A DNA stretch of 32,801 nt from Candidatus Sericytochromatia bacterium (GTDB taxonomy: Bacteria > Cyanobacteriota > Sericytochromatia > S15B-MN24 > UBA4093), in contig JAKFCT010000070.1 in NCBI GenBank assembly GCA_036676495.1, positions 1-32,801 on the forward strand, read 5' to 3'. The notes under the pieces were generated by a model that made no database searches, was not told the origin of the DNA, and saw only the letters and a program-made list of their open reading frames with translations. Position 1 is the first letter of the stretch, and every line of letters starts with the position of its first letter. The position numbers and the translations under genes are program-made. Below, piece after piece: positions 18,044-27,079 of this stretch.

Positions 18044-18145
18044 CCTTTCACGCCCCCAGCACCCGGGCGAGACATGAGGGAATGAGCAGAGACCCTTTTC
18101 CGGCTCGGGGACGCCCGACTCCCCCGCTGATGGCCTTGGGTCAAG

Positions 18146-18187
18146 AAAAACAACGAGGACTGACGCGGAAGCGCGTCAGTCCTCGTT
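18146..18187 (-). terminator. Intrinsic terminator of tRNA-Leu
   Basis: Perfect 16-bp stem 18152-18167/18172-18187 with a 4-nt loop, followed by GTTTTTC on the minus strand. Confidence 0.85.
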
Positions 18188-18190
18188 TAG

Positions 18191-18272
18191 TGTCGGGCAA
18201 GGGACTTGAACCCATACTCCTTGCGGAACCAGATCCTAAGTCTGGCGCGTCTGCCAATTTCGCCAGCCCGAC
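18191..18272 (-). tRNA. tRNA-Leu (anticodon TAG), CCA not encoded
   Basis: Minus strand: GTCGGGC TG GCG AAATTGGCAGA CGC G CCAGA CT-TAG-GA TCTGG, long variable arm, ATGGG TTCAAGT CCCTT GCCCGAC A. Confidence 0.96.
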
Positions 18273-18282
18273 GAGAGGTTCC

Positions 18283-18311
18283 ATGATACCAGCCGGCGGG
18301 GGTCTCGACAA
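18283..18311 (-). promoter_or_regulatory. Sigma70 promoter of tRNA-Leu
   Basis: TTGTCG-N17-TATCAT with a TG extension, 10 nt upstream of the tRNA. Confidence 0.75.
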
Positions 18312-18439
18312 CGGGCAGGAAGAATGCCGATGGAAATCTGAAAAAAACCCTTGCTTTTGTGCCTATTGTCCTAGTCTGCTCGCTCCAAGGGAGCTACCGT
18401 GGGGAGGGTTGTTCCAACAGATTGTCGAAAGGGGTTCGC

Positions 18440-18658
18440 ATGAAGACCGATACCATCGAAATGGAAGGCACCGTCAAGGAAGCCCTACCCAACACCATGT
18501 TCCGCGTGGAGCTGGACAACGGGCACACGGTCCTGGCGCACATCTCGGGCAAGATGCGTAAGCACTACATCAAGATCCTGATGGGCGACAAGGTCCGGGT
18601 GGAGCTGAGCCCCTACGATCTGACCCGCGGCCGGATCACGTACCGGCACCGGAAATAG
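18440..18658 (+). CDS. infA: Translation initiation factor IF-1
   Basis: [69 protein letters not shown] (72 aa). Confidence 0.98.
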   Translation: MKTDTIEMEGTVKEALPNTMFRVELDNGHTVLAHISGKMRKHYIKILMGDKVRVELSPYDLTRGRITYRHRK

Positions 18659-20006
18659 GCTCTTCACGAGCGAACAAGGCCTCGACAAAGACTTCGGGAT
18701 CGAAGTCTTTGAGGTCATCCACTTTCTCTCCGAGCCCCACCACTTTGACAGGCAGGCCCAGCTGGGAGCGGATGCCGAAGACCACACCGCCCTTGGCGGT
18801 TCCGTCCAGCTTGGTGAGGATCACCCCGGTCAGCGGGGTGGCCTCGGTGAAGACCTCCGCCTGGCGCACGCCGTTCTGGCCCGTGGTGGCATCCAAGACG
18901 AGCAGGACTTCCAGCGGCACGTCCGGGGCTTCCCGGTCGATGATCTTGCGGATCTTGCGCAGCTCTTCCATCAAGTTGGCCTTGTTGTGAAGGCGTCCCG
19001 CCGTGTCGATCAAGAGCACGTCCACGTTGCGGGCCTGGCTGGCCTTCAGGGCATCGAAGACCACCGCCGCAGCGTCTCCGCCTTCCTTGTGGCGGATGAT
19101 CTCCACGCCGGCACGCTCCGCCCAGACCACGAGCTGATCGATCGCCGCCGCCCGGAACGTATCCGCGGCCGCGACCAGGACCTTCTTGCCCTGGATCTGG
19201 AAGCGGTTGGCGAGCTTGCCCAGGGTCGTCGTCTTGCCGACCCCGTTGACTCCCACCATCATGACGATGTTGAGCTGGCCTTCGCGGAGCTGGAGGGGAG
19301 ACTTCTCGCCCAGTTGAGTGCTCAGGTAGTCTTCGAGGGCTTCTGAGACGTTCTGCGGAGTGAGCTCTCCCGCCTTGTGCAGCTTGCGCAGGTGCTGGAG
19401 GGCCCCTTCGGCGACCGCCAGGCCCATGTCGCTCTCGAGCAGGAGCTCTTCGAGCTCCTCGAGGGTATCGTCATCGATCTTGGTGAAGGTGGCGGTGAGC
19501 TTGCGGACCTGCTTGACGAAGCCTTCGCGGGTCTTGCTCAGGCCCTTGGTGATCGACTCCGAGTCGATGGTGAAGACCGGGGTGTTGAGCACTTCCCAGG
19601 TCTTGGCCCAGAAGCCCTTCTTTTCCGCTTCCGAAGGTGGCGTCTCGGGGCCGACCGGGGCAACCGGCGGCTCGAGGCCGGTCGGAGCCGGCGAGGGAAG
19701 CTCGGCGGCAACCGCCGGCAGCATGGCATCGGGGATGGGCCCGATCTGAACCGCCGGAGCCGGCATCTCGGAGATGGCCGCCTGGGAGTCGATGGGCTCG
19801 CCCTCGGCATCCCGCGGAATCTCCGTCACCGGCTCGACAGCCAGCGTCTCGGGAGCCACGGGCTCGGGAGCTACGGGCTCGGGAGCCACGGGGAGCACCG
19901 GGGCGGGAGGCGCTGCCTGCTCCGCTTGCTCGATGTCCTTGCCCTTGAGGCGATCCAGCCAGCTCAGGCGAGGCTTCTCGCCCCCCTCCTCAGGCTTCTT
20001 CCACAT
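18636..20006 (-). CDS. ftsY: SRP receptor FtsY with Pro/Glu-rich N-terminal extension
   Basis: [32 protein letters not shown]. Confidence 0.97.
   Translation of the reverse strand: MWKKPEEGGEKPRLSWLDRLKGKDIEQAEQAAPPAPVLPVAPEPVAPEPVAPETLAVEPVTEIPRDAEGEPIDSQAAISEMPAPAVQIGPIPDAMLPAVAAELPSPAPTGLEPPVAPVGPETPPSEAEKKGFWAKTWEVLNTPVFTIDSESITKGLSKTREGFVKQVRKLTATFTKIDDDTLEELEELLLESDMGLAVAEGALQHLRKLHKAGELTPQNVSEALEDYLSTQLGEKSPLQLREGQLNIVMMVGVNGVGKTTTLGKLANRFQIQGKKVLVAAADTFRAAAIDQLVVWAERAGVEIIRHKEGGDAAAVVFDALKASQARNVDVLLIDTAGRLHNKANLMEELRKIRKIIDREAPDVPLEVLLVLDATTGQNGVRQAEVFTEATPLTGVILTKLDGTAKGGVVFGIRSQLGLPVKVVGLGEKVDDLKDFDPEVFVEALFAREEPISGAGT
19848..19892 (-). repeat. 15-bp x3 tandem repeat (PVAPE) in the ftsY acidic region
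   Basis: CTCGGGAGC(C/T)ACGGG three times on the plus strand. Confidence 0.85.
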
Positions 20007-20007
20007 G

Positions 20008-20778
20008 TCAGGATCTCAGCTCAGCGGCCTCGGGGGCGATCGCCGAGAGCACGCCGTTCACGAAGCGGCCCGACTCGTCGGTCCCGTACTTCTTGGCCAG
20101 CTCCACCGCCTCGTTGATGGCGACCTCGACCGGCACCGACGGGTCGTACTTCAGCTCGGCAACCGCCAAGCGCAGCACGTCCCGGTCCAAGCTGGCCATG
20201 CGCTCCACCTTCCAGTGCTGCGCGGCGCGCTCCAGGGTCGCATCCACGTCCTGCTTGTGCTTGATGTAATGATCCACCTTGGAGAGCGCGAAGGCGCGCA
20301 CGTCCTCGGCACCCGCCAGGGCGGCCATGGTGGGCCATTCCAAGGCGGAGGCGATCAGCTCCGCGGAATGCTGGAGCTCGTCGATCGCGGTCAGCGCTCG
20401 CGGCAGCGCCGTCTCGAGCAGGCCTTCGCGAAGCTCGATCATGGCGTCCTGCTCCTTGGCGCGCTTCCAGAAGAGCATGGCGGTCTTCTCGAGCGCCTTC
20501 TCGTCGATCTCTTCATGGGCCTGGGCCTTCAAGGCCGCCCGGACCATGTCGCGAACCAAGAGGGGGCCGAACTCCTCCTCGTTGAGACGCTCGATCTCGT
20601 CGCGCATGCGAGCCAGGGTCGCGCAGGAGGTCTCGAGGCTCTCGCGGGCCTCGCGGGCCAGCATGTCGGCAGCCCGGCCGAGCAGCTCACCGGTGGACGG
20701 ACGTGCGTCCGCCGGCAAGGTCTCGAACTGGGAGAGGGTCAAAAGGGCCAGTTCTCTGGCCACACGACGGGTATTCAC
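20008..20778 (-). CDS. nusB: Transcription antitermination factor NusB, long cyanobacterial type
   Basis: RRVARELALLTLSQ; WKVERMASLDRDVLRLA; VAINEAVELAKKYG; FVNGVL; large helical insert. Confidence 0.93.
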   Translation of the reverse strand: MNTRRVARELALLTLSQFETLPADARPSTGELLGRAADMLAREARESLETSCATLARMRDEIERLNEEEFGPLLVRDMVRAALKAQAHEEIDEKALEKTAMLFWKRAKEQDAMIELREGLLETALPRALTAIDELQHSAELIASALEWPTMAALAGAEDVRAFALSKVDHYIKHKQDVDATLERAAQHWKVERMASLDRDVLRLAVAELKYDPSVPVEVAINEAVELAKKYGTDESGRFVNGVLSAIAPEAAELRS

Positions 20779-20779
20779 A

Positions 20780-22126
20780 TCAGCCTCCTAGGATCCTGCG
20801 CTGGAGGAAGTTGGTGTAAACCTCCCCCTTTCGGAAAAAGGCGTTGTCGAGGATCTTCTCATGCAGGGGGATGGTGGTCTTGACCCCGGTGATGGCGTAT
20901 TCCCCAAGGGCCCGCTGCATGCGGGCGATCGCCTTGTCTCGGTCTTCCGCCCAGACGATCAGCTTCGCGATCATCGAGTCGTAGTTGGGCGGAATGCTGT
21001 AACCCGGGTAGACGTGCGAGTCCACCCGTACCCACGGCCCCCCGGGGGGCACGTAGGCGTCGATGACGCCCGGCGAAGGACGGAAGCCCTTCTCGGGATC
21101 CTCGGCGTTGATCCGGCACTCGATCGCATGACCTTCGAACCGCACCTGGTCCTGGGTCCGCGACAGGGGGGCGCCGGCGGCGATCCGGATCTGTTCCTGG
21201 ACCAGGTCGAAGCGGGTGATCAGCTCGGTGACCGGGTGCTCAACCTGGATCCGGGTGTTCATCTCCATGAAGTAGTAGTTGCCGTGCTTGTCGAGCAGGA
21301 ACTCGATCGTGCCCACGCCCTCGTAGCCGATGAACTGGGCGGCGCGCACGGCGTCCTGCCCCATCCGCTCCCGCATCTCGGGAGTCAGGCGGGGGCTGGG
21401 AGCCTCCTCGAGCAGCTTCTGGTGACGCCGCTGGATCGAGCAATCACGCTCGCCCAGGTGGATGGCGTTCCCGCGCTGGTCCATGACGACCTGGATCTCG
21501 ATGTGACGGGGCTCTTCGAGGTACTTCTCGAGGTAGACCTCGCCGTTGCCGAAGGAAGCCAGGGCCTCCTGCTGCGCGAGCTCCATCTGCTCCTGGAACT
21601 GGCCCGCGTGCTGCACGACGCGCATGCCCCGGCCTCCGCCGCCGGCCGCCGCCTTGATGATCACGGGGTAGCCCATCTCGGTGGCGAGACGCTCGGCTTC
21701 CAGGGGGTCGATGATCGGGCCGTCGGAACCCGGGACCGTCGGCACGCCGGCGGCCTTCATGGTTTCCTTGGCCTTGATCTTGTCGCCCATCTTGTCGATG
21801 ACGTAGGGCGAGGGCCCGATGAACTTCAGGCCGTGATCCTTGCAGATCTCGGCGAAGCGGGCGTTCTCGGAGAGGAAGCCGTAACCCGGATGCACCGCCT
21901 CGGCGCCCGAAAGTTCCGCGGCGGCGATCAGGTTCGGGATGTTGAGATACGAGCGGTTGGAGGGGCCCGGCCCGATGCAGTAGGCCTCGTCGGCCAGCTT
22001 GACGGGCAGCGAGTCCCGGTCGGCCTCGGAGTAGACCACGACCGTCTTGATGCCCAGCTCCTCGCAGGCGCGCAGGATCCGCAGGGCGATCTCCCCGCGG
22101 TTCGCGATCAGGATCTTGCGAAACAC
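20780..22126 (-). CDS. accC: Acetyl-CoA carboxylase, biotin carboxylase subunit
   Basis: [47 protein letters not shown]. Confidence 0.98.
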   Translation of the reverse strand: MFRKILIANRGEIALRILRACEELGIKTVVVYSEADRDSLPVKLADEAYCIGPGPSNRSYLNIPNLIAAAELSGAEAVHPGYGFLSENARFAEICKDHGLKFIGPSPYVIDKMGDKIKAKETMKAAGVPTVPGSDGPIIDPLEAERLATEMGYPVIIKAAAGGGGRGMRVVQHAGQFQEQMELAQQEALASFGNGEVYLEKYLEEPRHIEIQVVMDQRGNAIHLGERDCSIQRRHQKLLEEAPSPRLTPEMRERMGQDAVRAAQFIGYEGVGTIEFLLDKHGNYYFMEMNTRIQVEHPVTELITRFDLVQEQIRIAAGAPLSRTQDQVRFEGHAIECRINAEDPEKGFRPSPGVIDAYVPPGGPWVRVDSHVYPGYSIPPNYDSMIAKLIVWAEDRDKAIARMQRALGEYAITGVKTTIPLHEKILDNAFFRKGEVYTNFLQRRILGG

Positions 22127-22624
<498 letters not shown>

Positions 22625-22635
22625 GTCGTCGACTC

Positions 22636-23193
22636 CTAAGCGCGGTCGAGGTATTCGCCGGTCCGGGTGTCGATCCGGATGACGTCGTCGACGTTCACGA
22701 AGAAGGGGACCTGGACCACGGCGCCGGTCTCGACGGTGGCGGGCTTGCCGCCGCCCGAGGCGGTGTCGCCCTTGACGCCGGGGGGCGTGTCGATGATCTT
22801 GAGCTCGACGAAGTTGGGGATGGAGACGCCCACGATGTTGCCCTGGAAGTAGAGCAACTCGACCTTCATGTCCTCCTTGAGCCACTTGGTGGCGTCGCCC
22901 AGCTTGCTCGCGGGCACGGGGATGGTGTCGAAGGTCTCGAGGTCCATCAGGAAGTACTCGTCATCCGACGCGTACGTGTACTGCATTTCCTTCTTCTCGA
23001 GGTTGGCCTTGGCGAGCTTTTCGCCGGCGCGGAAAGTCTTTTCGACCACGCTGCCCGACTTGACGTTCTTGAGCTTGGTGCGGACGAAAGCAGCCCCCTT
23101 GCCGGGCTTCACGTGCTGGAACTCGACGACGTTCCAGGCGTCACCATCGAGCTCGACCGTGGTGCCGGGGCGCAGATCGTTCGACGAAATCAT
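22636..23193 (-). CDS. efp: Elongation factor P
   Basis: [36 protein letters not shown]. Confidence 0.98.
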   Translation of the reverse strand: MISSNDLRPGTTVELDGDAWNVVEFQHVKPGKGAAFVRTKLKNVKSGSVVEKTFRAGEKLAKANLEKKEMQYTYASDDEYFLMDLETFDTIPVPASKLGDATKWLKEDMKVELLYFQGNIVGVSIPNFVELKIIDTPPGVKGDTASGGGKPATVETGAVVQVPFFVNVDDVIRIDTRTGEYLDRA

Positions 23194-23267
23194 GATGTTT
23201 CCTCTTCACTTTTCGGGGGATGGGGCGACGTCAGCCGACGCAGCGTTCAACTGAGATTAAGAAAATC

Positions 23268-24377
23268 CTAACACGATTTTACGGCCGGGAAAAGGGCCAA
23301 CGACCGCCCTTCAAGGCCCGTCAAACGCTCGGGACCGTCGCTTCCGACCCGGATCAGCTCTTCGAGCCGGATCCCTCCCCAGCCGCTCAGGTAGGCCCCG
23401 GGCTCGACGGCAATCACCATGCCCTCCTGGAGGACGCCGACCTCGCTCGGGACGAGCCATGGCTCCTCATGCAGCGCGAGCCCCACCCCGTGGCCGAGGC
23501 CGAACGGGTTGGCCCCGCCCAAGCCATGGCGCTCCATGACGGCTTGGGCGGCTTTCACGACGCGCGCGATCGGGATGCCGGGCACCATGAGGGCGATCGC
23601 CGCCTCCAGGGCCTCGCGCACCGCCGCCATCACCGACTGCTGGCGGGCGTCGGGTTTGCCCAAGACGATCGTCCGGGTCATGTCGGCATGGTAACCGTCC
23701 ACCGTGGTCCCGCCGTCGAGCAAGAGCAACTCCCCCGCGGCGAGGATGCGGTCGGTGGGCTCGGGATGCGCCAAGGCCGAGCGCTCCCCCGAGCCGACGA
23801 GCGTGGGGAAGCTGAGTGGGCCGCCTCCCGCAAGGCGCATCCGATGCTCGAAATCCGCGGCGACCTCGCGCTCGGTCATGCCCAGGGACACCGCCTCCAG
23901 CGTCGCGACCATGGCCTCGGCCGTGATCCGGGCCGCCCGCCTGAGAGCTGCCTGCTCGCAAGCGCTCTTGATCAGCCGTAGAGCCTCCGTCTCCCCGCCG
24001 GAAGGCACCAGCCGCGCCCGGCCATCCAAGAGGACCTCCAGGCGGCCATGGCTCCAGTAGGAGAGCTCCCCACTCTCGAAGCCCACGCGCCGAACCCCCG
24101 CGAGCGTCACGGCCTCGGCGGTCGCTTCCTCGTAACCTGAGCCCAGGACGTGGACCAAGGGGCACGCGCTCTCGCGCGTGGCCTGCTCGCGGTAACGCAC
24201 GTCCACGATCAAGTAGCAGGCCTGACGGCAGACCAAGAGCCGGCCGAGGCTCCCCGTGAAACCCGACAAGTACCGGACGTTCTCCGGCTGGGTCACCAGC
24301 AAGGCATCCAGACCCGCCCCCTGCAAACGATCCTGCAGGGCGCGCAACCGCTTTTGAGGTTCCGGGTTTGGGACCAT
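23268..24377 (-). CDS. Xaa-Pro aminopeptidase/dipeptidase (M24 family)
   Basis: NVRYLSGFTGS, SALAH, DGYHADMTRT, GHGVGLALHEEP, VEPGAY, GIRLEE; ATG 24377 after GGAGG. Confidence 0.92.
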   Translation of the reverse strand: MVPNPEPQKRLRALQDRLQGAGLDALLVTQPENVRYLSGFTGSLGRLLVCRQACYLIVDVRYREQATRESACPLVHVLGSGYEEATAEAVTLAGVRRVGFESGELSYWSHGRLEVLLDGRARLVPSGGETEALRLIKSACEQAALRRAARITAEAMVATLEAVSLGMTEREVAADFEHRMRLAGGGPLSFPTLVGSGERSALAHPEPTDRILAAGELLLLDGGTTVDGYHADMTRTIVLGKPDARQQSVMAAVREALEAAIALMVPGIPIARVVKAAQAVMERHGLGGANPFGLGHGVGLALHEEPWLVPSEVGVLQEGMVIAVEPGAYLSGWGGIRLEELIRVGSDGPERLTGLEGRSLALFPAVKSC

Positions 24378-24584
24378 TCCAGCCTCCGCGTGAACCCCTC
24401 TCACCCCCAGCCTAGGGGAGGGCACCGAGGCAGGCCAGCGCATGGGGCACAGCGGAATTGGGCGATCTCGGCTAGGACGAGCGCCTGCGGCGGTTTCGAA
24501 AGGCAGCGAAGCTGACCTGCAGAAACGACCGGCTTTGACTAGCGGCTCGGGCAGGGAAAGCGAAGCGGAGCGGAAGAAACGACG

Positions 24585-25022
24585 TCAGCGCTTGGGGATG
24601 CCCACGAGCGCCAGCACGGCCAGCCGGTAGGACTCCGGCCCGAAGCCGCTGATCACCCCGCGCACCACCGGCGACAGGATCGAGTGATGCCGGAACTCCT
24701 CGCGCGCCCAGACGTTCGTCAGGTGCACCTCGACCACCGGCAGCCGGATCCCGGCGATCGCATCCCGCAACGCCACCGAGGTATGCGTGTAGCCCCCCGC
24801 GTTGAGCACGATCCCCGTGAACCCCTCGGCCTCCGCCCCATGCAGCCAATCGATCAGGACGCCCTCATGGTTGGACTGGCGCGCCTCCAGGCCGATCCCC
24901 AGCCCCCGCGCCAGCTCCTGCACGTCGGCGTCGACGTCCGCAAGGGTCGCATGCCCGTAAACCCCCGGCTCGCGCTGACCCAGCAGGTTGAGGTTGGGGC
25001 CGTGCAGGACGAGCAGCTTCAT
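24585..25022 (-). CDS. aroQ: Type II 3-dehydroquinate dehydratase
   Basis: [45 protein letters not shown]; ATGA overlap with the aroC stop. Confidence 0.97.
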   Translation of the reverse strand: MKLLVLHGPNLNLLGQREPGVYGHATLADVDADVQELARGLGIGLEARQSNHEGVLIDWLHGAEAEGFTGIVLNAGGYTHTSVALRDAIAGIRLPVVEVHLTNVWAREEFRHHSILSPVVRGVISGFGPESYRLAVLALVGIPKR

Positions 25023-26188
25023 CGATGGGCCTCCGTATAGAGCGAACGCGCATGCTCGCGCAACTCGGACAGCGAATCTCCCCCCAGCTTGGCAAGCAGG
25101 GCGTCGGCCAGGATCCACCGGACCATGGCCTCGGCGACCACTCCCGCCGCCGGTACCGCACAGACGTCCGAACGCTCGAAATGCGCCGACACCGCCTCAC
25201 CCGTATCCAGGTGCACCGAGGGCAGCGGATGAATCAACGTGGGGATCGGCTTCATCGCCGCCCGCAAGACGATGGGCTGGCCGTTCGAGATGCCGCCCTC
25301 GATGCCGCCGGCATGGTTGCTGGGGCGACCGAAGCCAGGCACGAACGGATCGTGCACCTCGGAACCGGGACGGCGCGCCGCCTCGAAGCCCAGCCCGACC
25401 TCCACGCCCTTGATCGCGGGGATGGCCATCAACGCCTGCGCCAGGCGCCCGTCGAGCCGCTGATCCCACTGCGCGTAAGACCCCAGGCCGATCGGCAGCC
25501 CGGTCGCGATCACCTCGACCACCCCTCCGAGCGTGTTGCCCGCCGAACGCGTCTGGTCGATCAAGGCCACCATCTCGGCCGACGCCTGCGGATCGGCGCA
25601 GCGCACCGGTGAGGCCTCGGCAGCCTCCCGAAGCGCCCGGTAATCCTCAAGAGCAGGCGAACCGACCGAGACGCTACCGATGGAAAGAACATGCGAAAAG
25701 ACCTCGATGCCGAACTCGGCCAGCAGCACTCCCGCCAAGGCGCCCACCGCCACGCGCGCCGTGGTCTCCCGAGCGCTCGAACGCTCCAGCACGTCCCGGA
25801 CGTCCTCATGGCGGTACTTGCGGGCACCGGCGTAGTCGGCATGGCCGGGCCGGACCTTGGTGATGCGCTTGGCGGCGACGGCCTCGAGGCGGGCCGCGTC
25901 GTCGGCGTCCAGCGGCTCGGGCGACATGGCCAATTGCCAGTTGGCGAAGTCCTTGTTCGGGATCTCCAGCGTCACGGGAGCGCCCGTGGTCAGGCCGTTG
26001 CGAACCCCCGAGCGAAAACTCACGCGATCGGTCTCGATCTTCATGCGCTGGCCGCGTCCGTAGCCCTGCTGGCGGCGGGCAAGTTGGGCGTCGATGGCCT
26101 CAGCGGTCAAGGGCACGCCGGCCGGGAAGCCTTCGACGATCGCCAGCTGGACCGGTCCGTGGGACTCGCCTGCCGATAAAAAGCGCAT
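25019..26188 (-). CDS. aroC: Chorismate synthase
   Basis: [46 protein letters not shown]; ATG 26188 after AAGGAG. Confidence 0.97.
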   Translation of the reverse strand: MRFLSAGESHGPVQLAIVEGFPAGVPLTAEAIDAQLARRQQGYGRGQRMKIETDRVSFRSGVRNGLTTGAPVTLEIPNKDFANWQLAMSPEPLDADDAARLEAVAAKRITKVRPGHADYAGARKYRHEDVRDVLERSSARETTARVAVGALAGVLLAEFGIEVFSHVLSIGSVSVGSPALEDYRALREAAEASPVRCADPQASAEMVALIDQTRSAGNTLGGVVEVIATGLPIGLGSYAQWDQRLDGRLAQALMAIPAIKGVEVGLGFEAARRPGSEVHDPFVPGFGRPSNHAGGIEGGISNGQPIVLRAAMKPIPTLIHPLPSVHLDTGEAVSAHFERSDVCAVPAAGVVAEAMVRWILADALLAKLGGDSLSELREHARSLYTEAHR

Positions 26189-26405
26189 CGTGCCTCTCCT
26201 TCTGAATGCCTCGACCCATGCGGGCGCCGCGGCGGACGCCCCGGCCTTCTGCGCCGGGCGAGCTATGGCAGGGTAGCAAACTTCCCGAGCCATGTCCACG
26301 GCATTACCGGTCCCCCCTGTAGCGAGGAAGCGTTTTGGGTATGAGAGCGATAGCGAGCGTCAGCATCGGCCGCGGCGCCGAGCGCCCTCGATCCGGAGTC
26401 AAAGC

Positions 26406-26963
26406 ATGAGCGATAAGGACCGCGTTTCTCAATTTCTCGGAGGCTTGAAGGGCCTGTTCTCGGGGGCCAAAGAGGCTCCTCCCACCCCTCAGCGCCAGGC
26501 CATTCCCCAGAAGAAGGGATCGGATGCCTTCGTGCGCCAGGGACGCCAGACGGCGCCGCTCGCGGGCCAGCCCACGACCCCGCTGCCGCTGCCCGAGCTC
26601 AGCCCCGAGCAAAAGATCGAGGAGTCCAAGAAGCGCATGGCGGTCATCATGACCTACATGAAGGACAAGAACGCCGTCCCCGAGTTCCAGGATCCCAAGT
26701 TCATCTACAAGATCATCTCCGACGAGCGCACCTACCAGACCGCCATGGTCACCGAACTGGAAGCCGAGCTGCGCGAGTTCGTCATGACATGGAGCGGCGA
26801 TCGCGAGGCCCCGGACTTCCTCTCTCGCAAGGAAGGCCTGGAGCAGCAGATCCAAGCCACCCGCAACCGCCTGACCCAGCTCTTCATGCTGCTCAAGCAC
26901 ATCACGGGGGTGAAGGGGAAGACCGGCGGCACCGGCTTCCTCCCCGCCGAGCCGGGGTTTTAA
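26406..26963 (+). CDS. Hypothetical protein: Pro/Gln-rich N-terminus and helical/coiled-coil C-terminus
   Basis: GGAG SD before ATG 26406; strongly GC3-biased codons; no family recognised. Confidence 0.75.
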   Translation: MSDKDRVSQFLGGLKGLFSGAKEAPPTPQRQAIPQKKGSDAFVRQGRQTAPLAGQPTTPLPLPELSPEQKIEESKKRMAVIMTYMKDKNAVPEFQDPKFIYKIISDERTYQTAMVTELEAELREFVMTWSGDREAPDFLSRKEGLEQQIQATRNRLTQLFMLLKHITGVKGKTGGTGFLPAEPGF

Positions 26964-27079
26964 CGAAGATCTAATGGAATTCAAACGCGTCGCGTGCCAA
27001 CTTTACGAAGGAATTTCTCACCTCGGGGCGATAAAAAGATCGGATCCCCGTTGTCGCTGGTAAACCGCAGGAGGTTTCA

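Noticed and set aside
12146-18210. Genomic island integrated at the tRNA-Leu 3' end, with GTCGGCAAAG near 12149 as a possible att remnant
   Set aside because: The match to the tRNA end (TGTCGGGCAAGGGACTTGAA) is short and gapped, there is no integrase, and the tRNA terminator is intact.
22625-22885. N-terminal extension of accB in the ORF track
   Set aside because: It overlaps efp out of frame; GTG 22624 with an AGGAG SD gives a normal-length BCCP.
24378-24584. 207-bp gap between aroQ and the peptidase gene as an ncRNA or small ORF
   Set aside because: No recognisable RNA motif, convincing stem or SD-led ORF.
26189-26270. Alternative overlapping hairpins in the aroC leader as an attenuator or riboswitch
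   Set aside because: No aromatic-codon leader peptide, U-tract or T-box motif; pairing is expected at this GC content.
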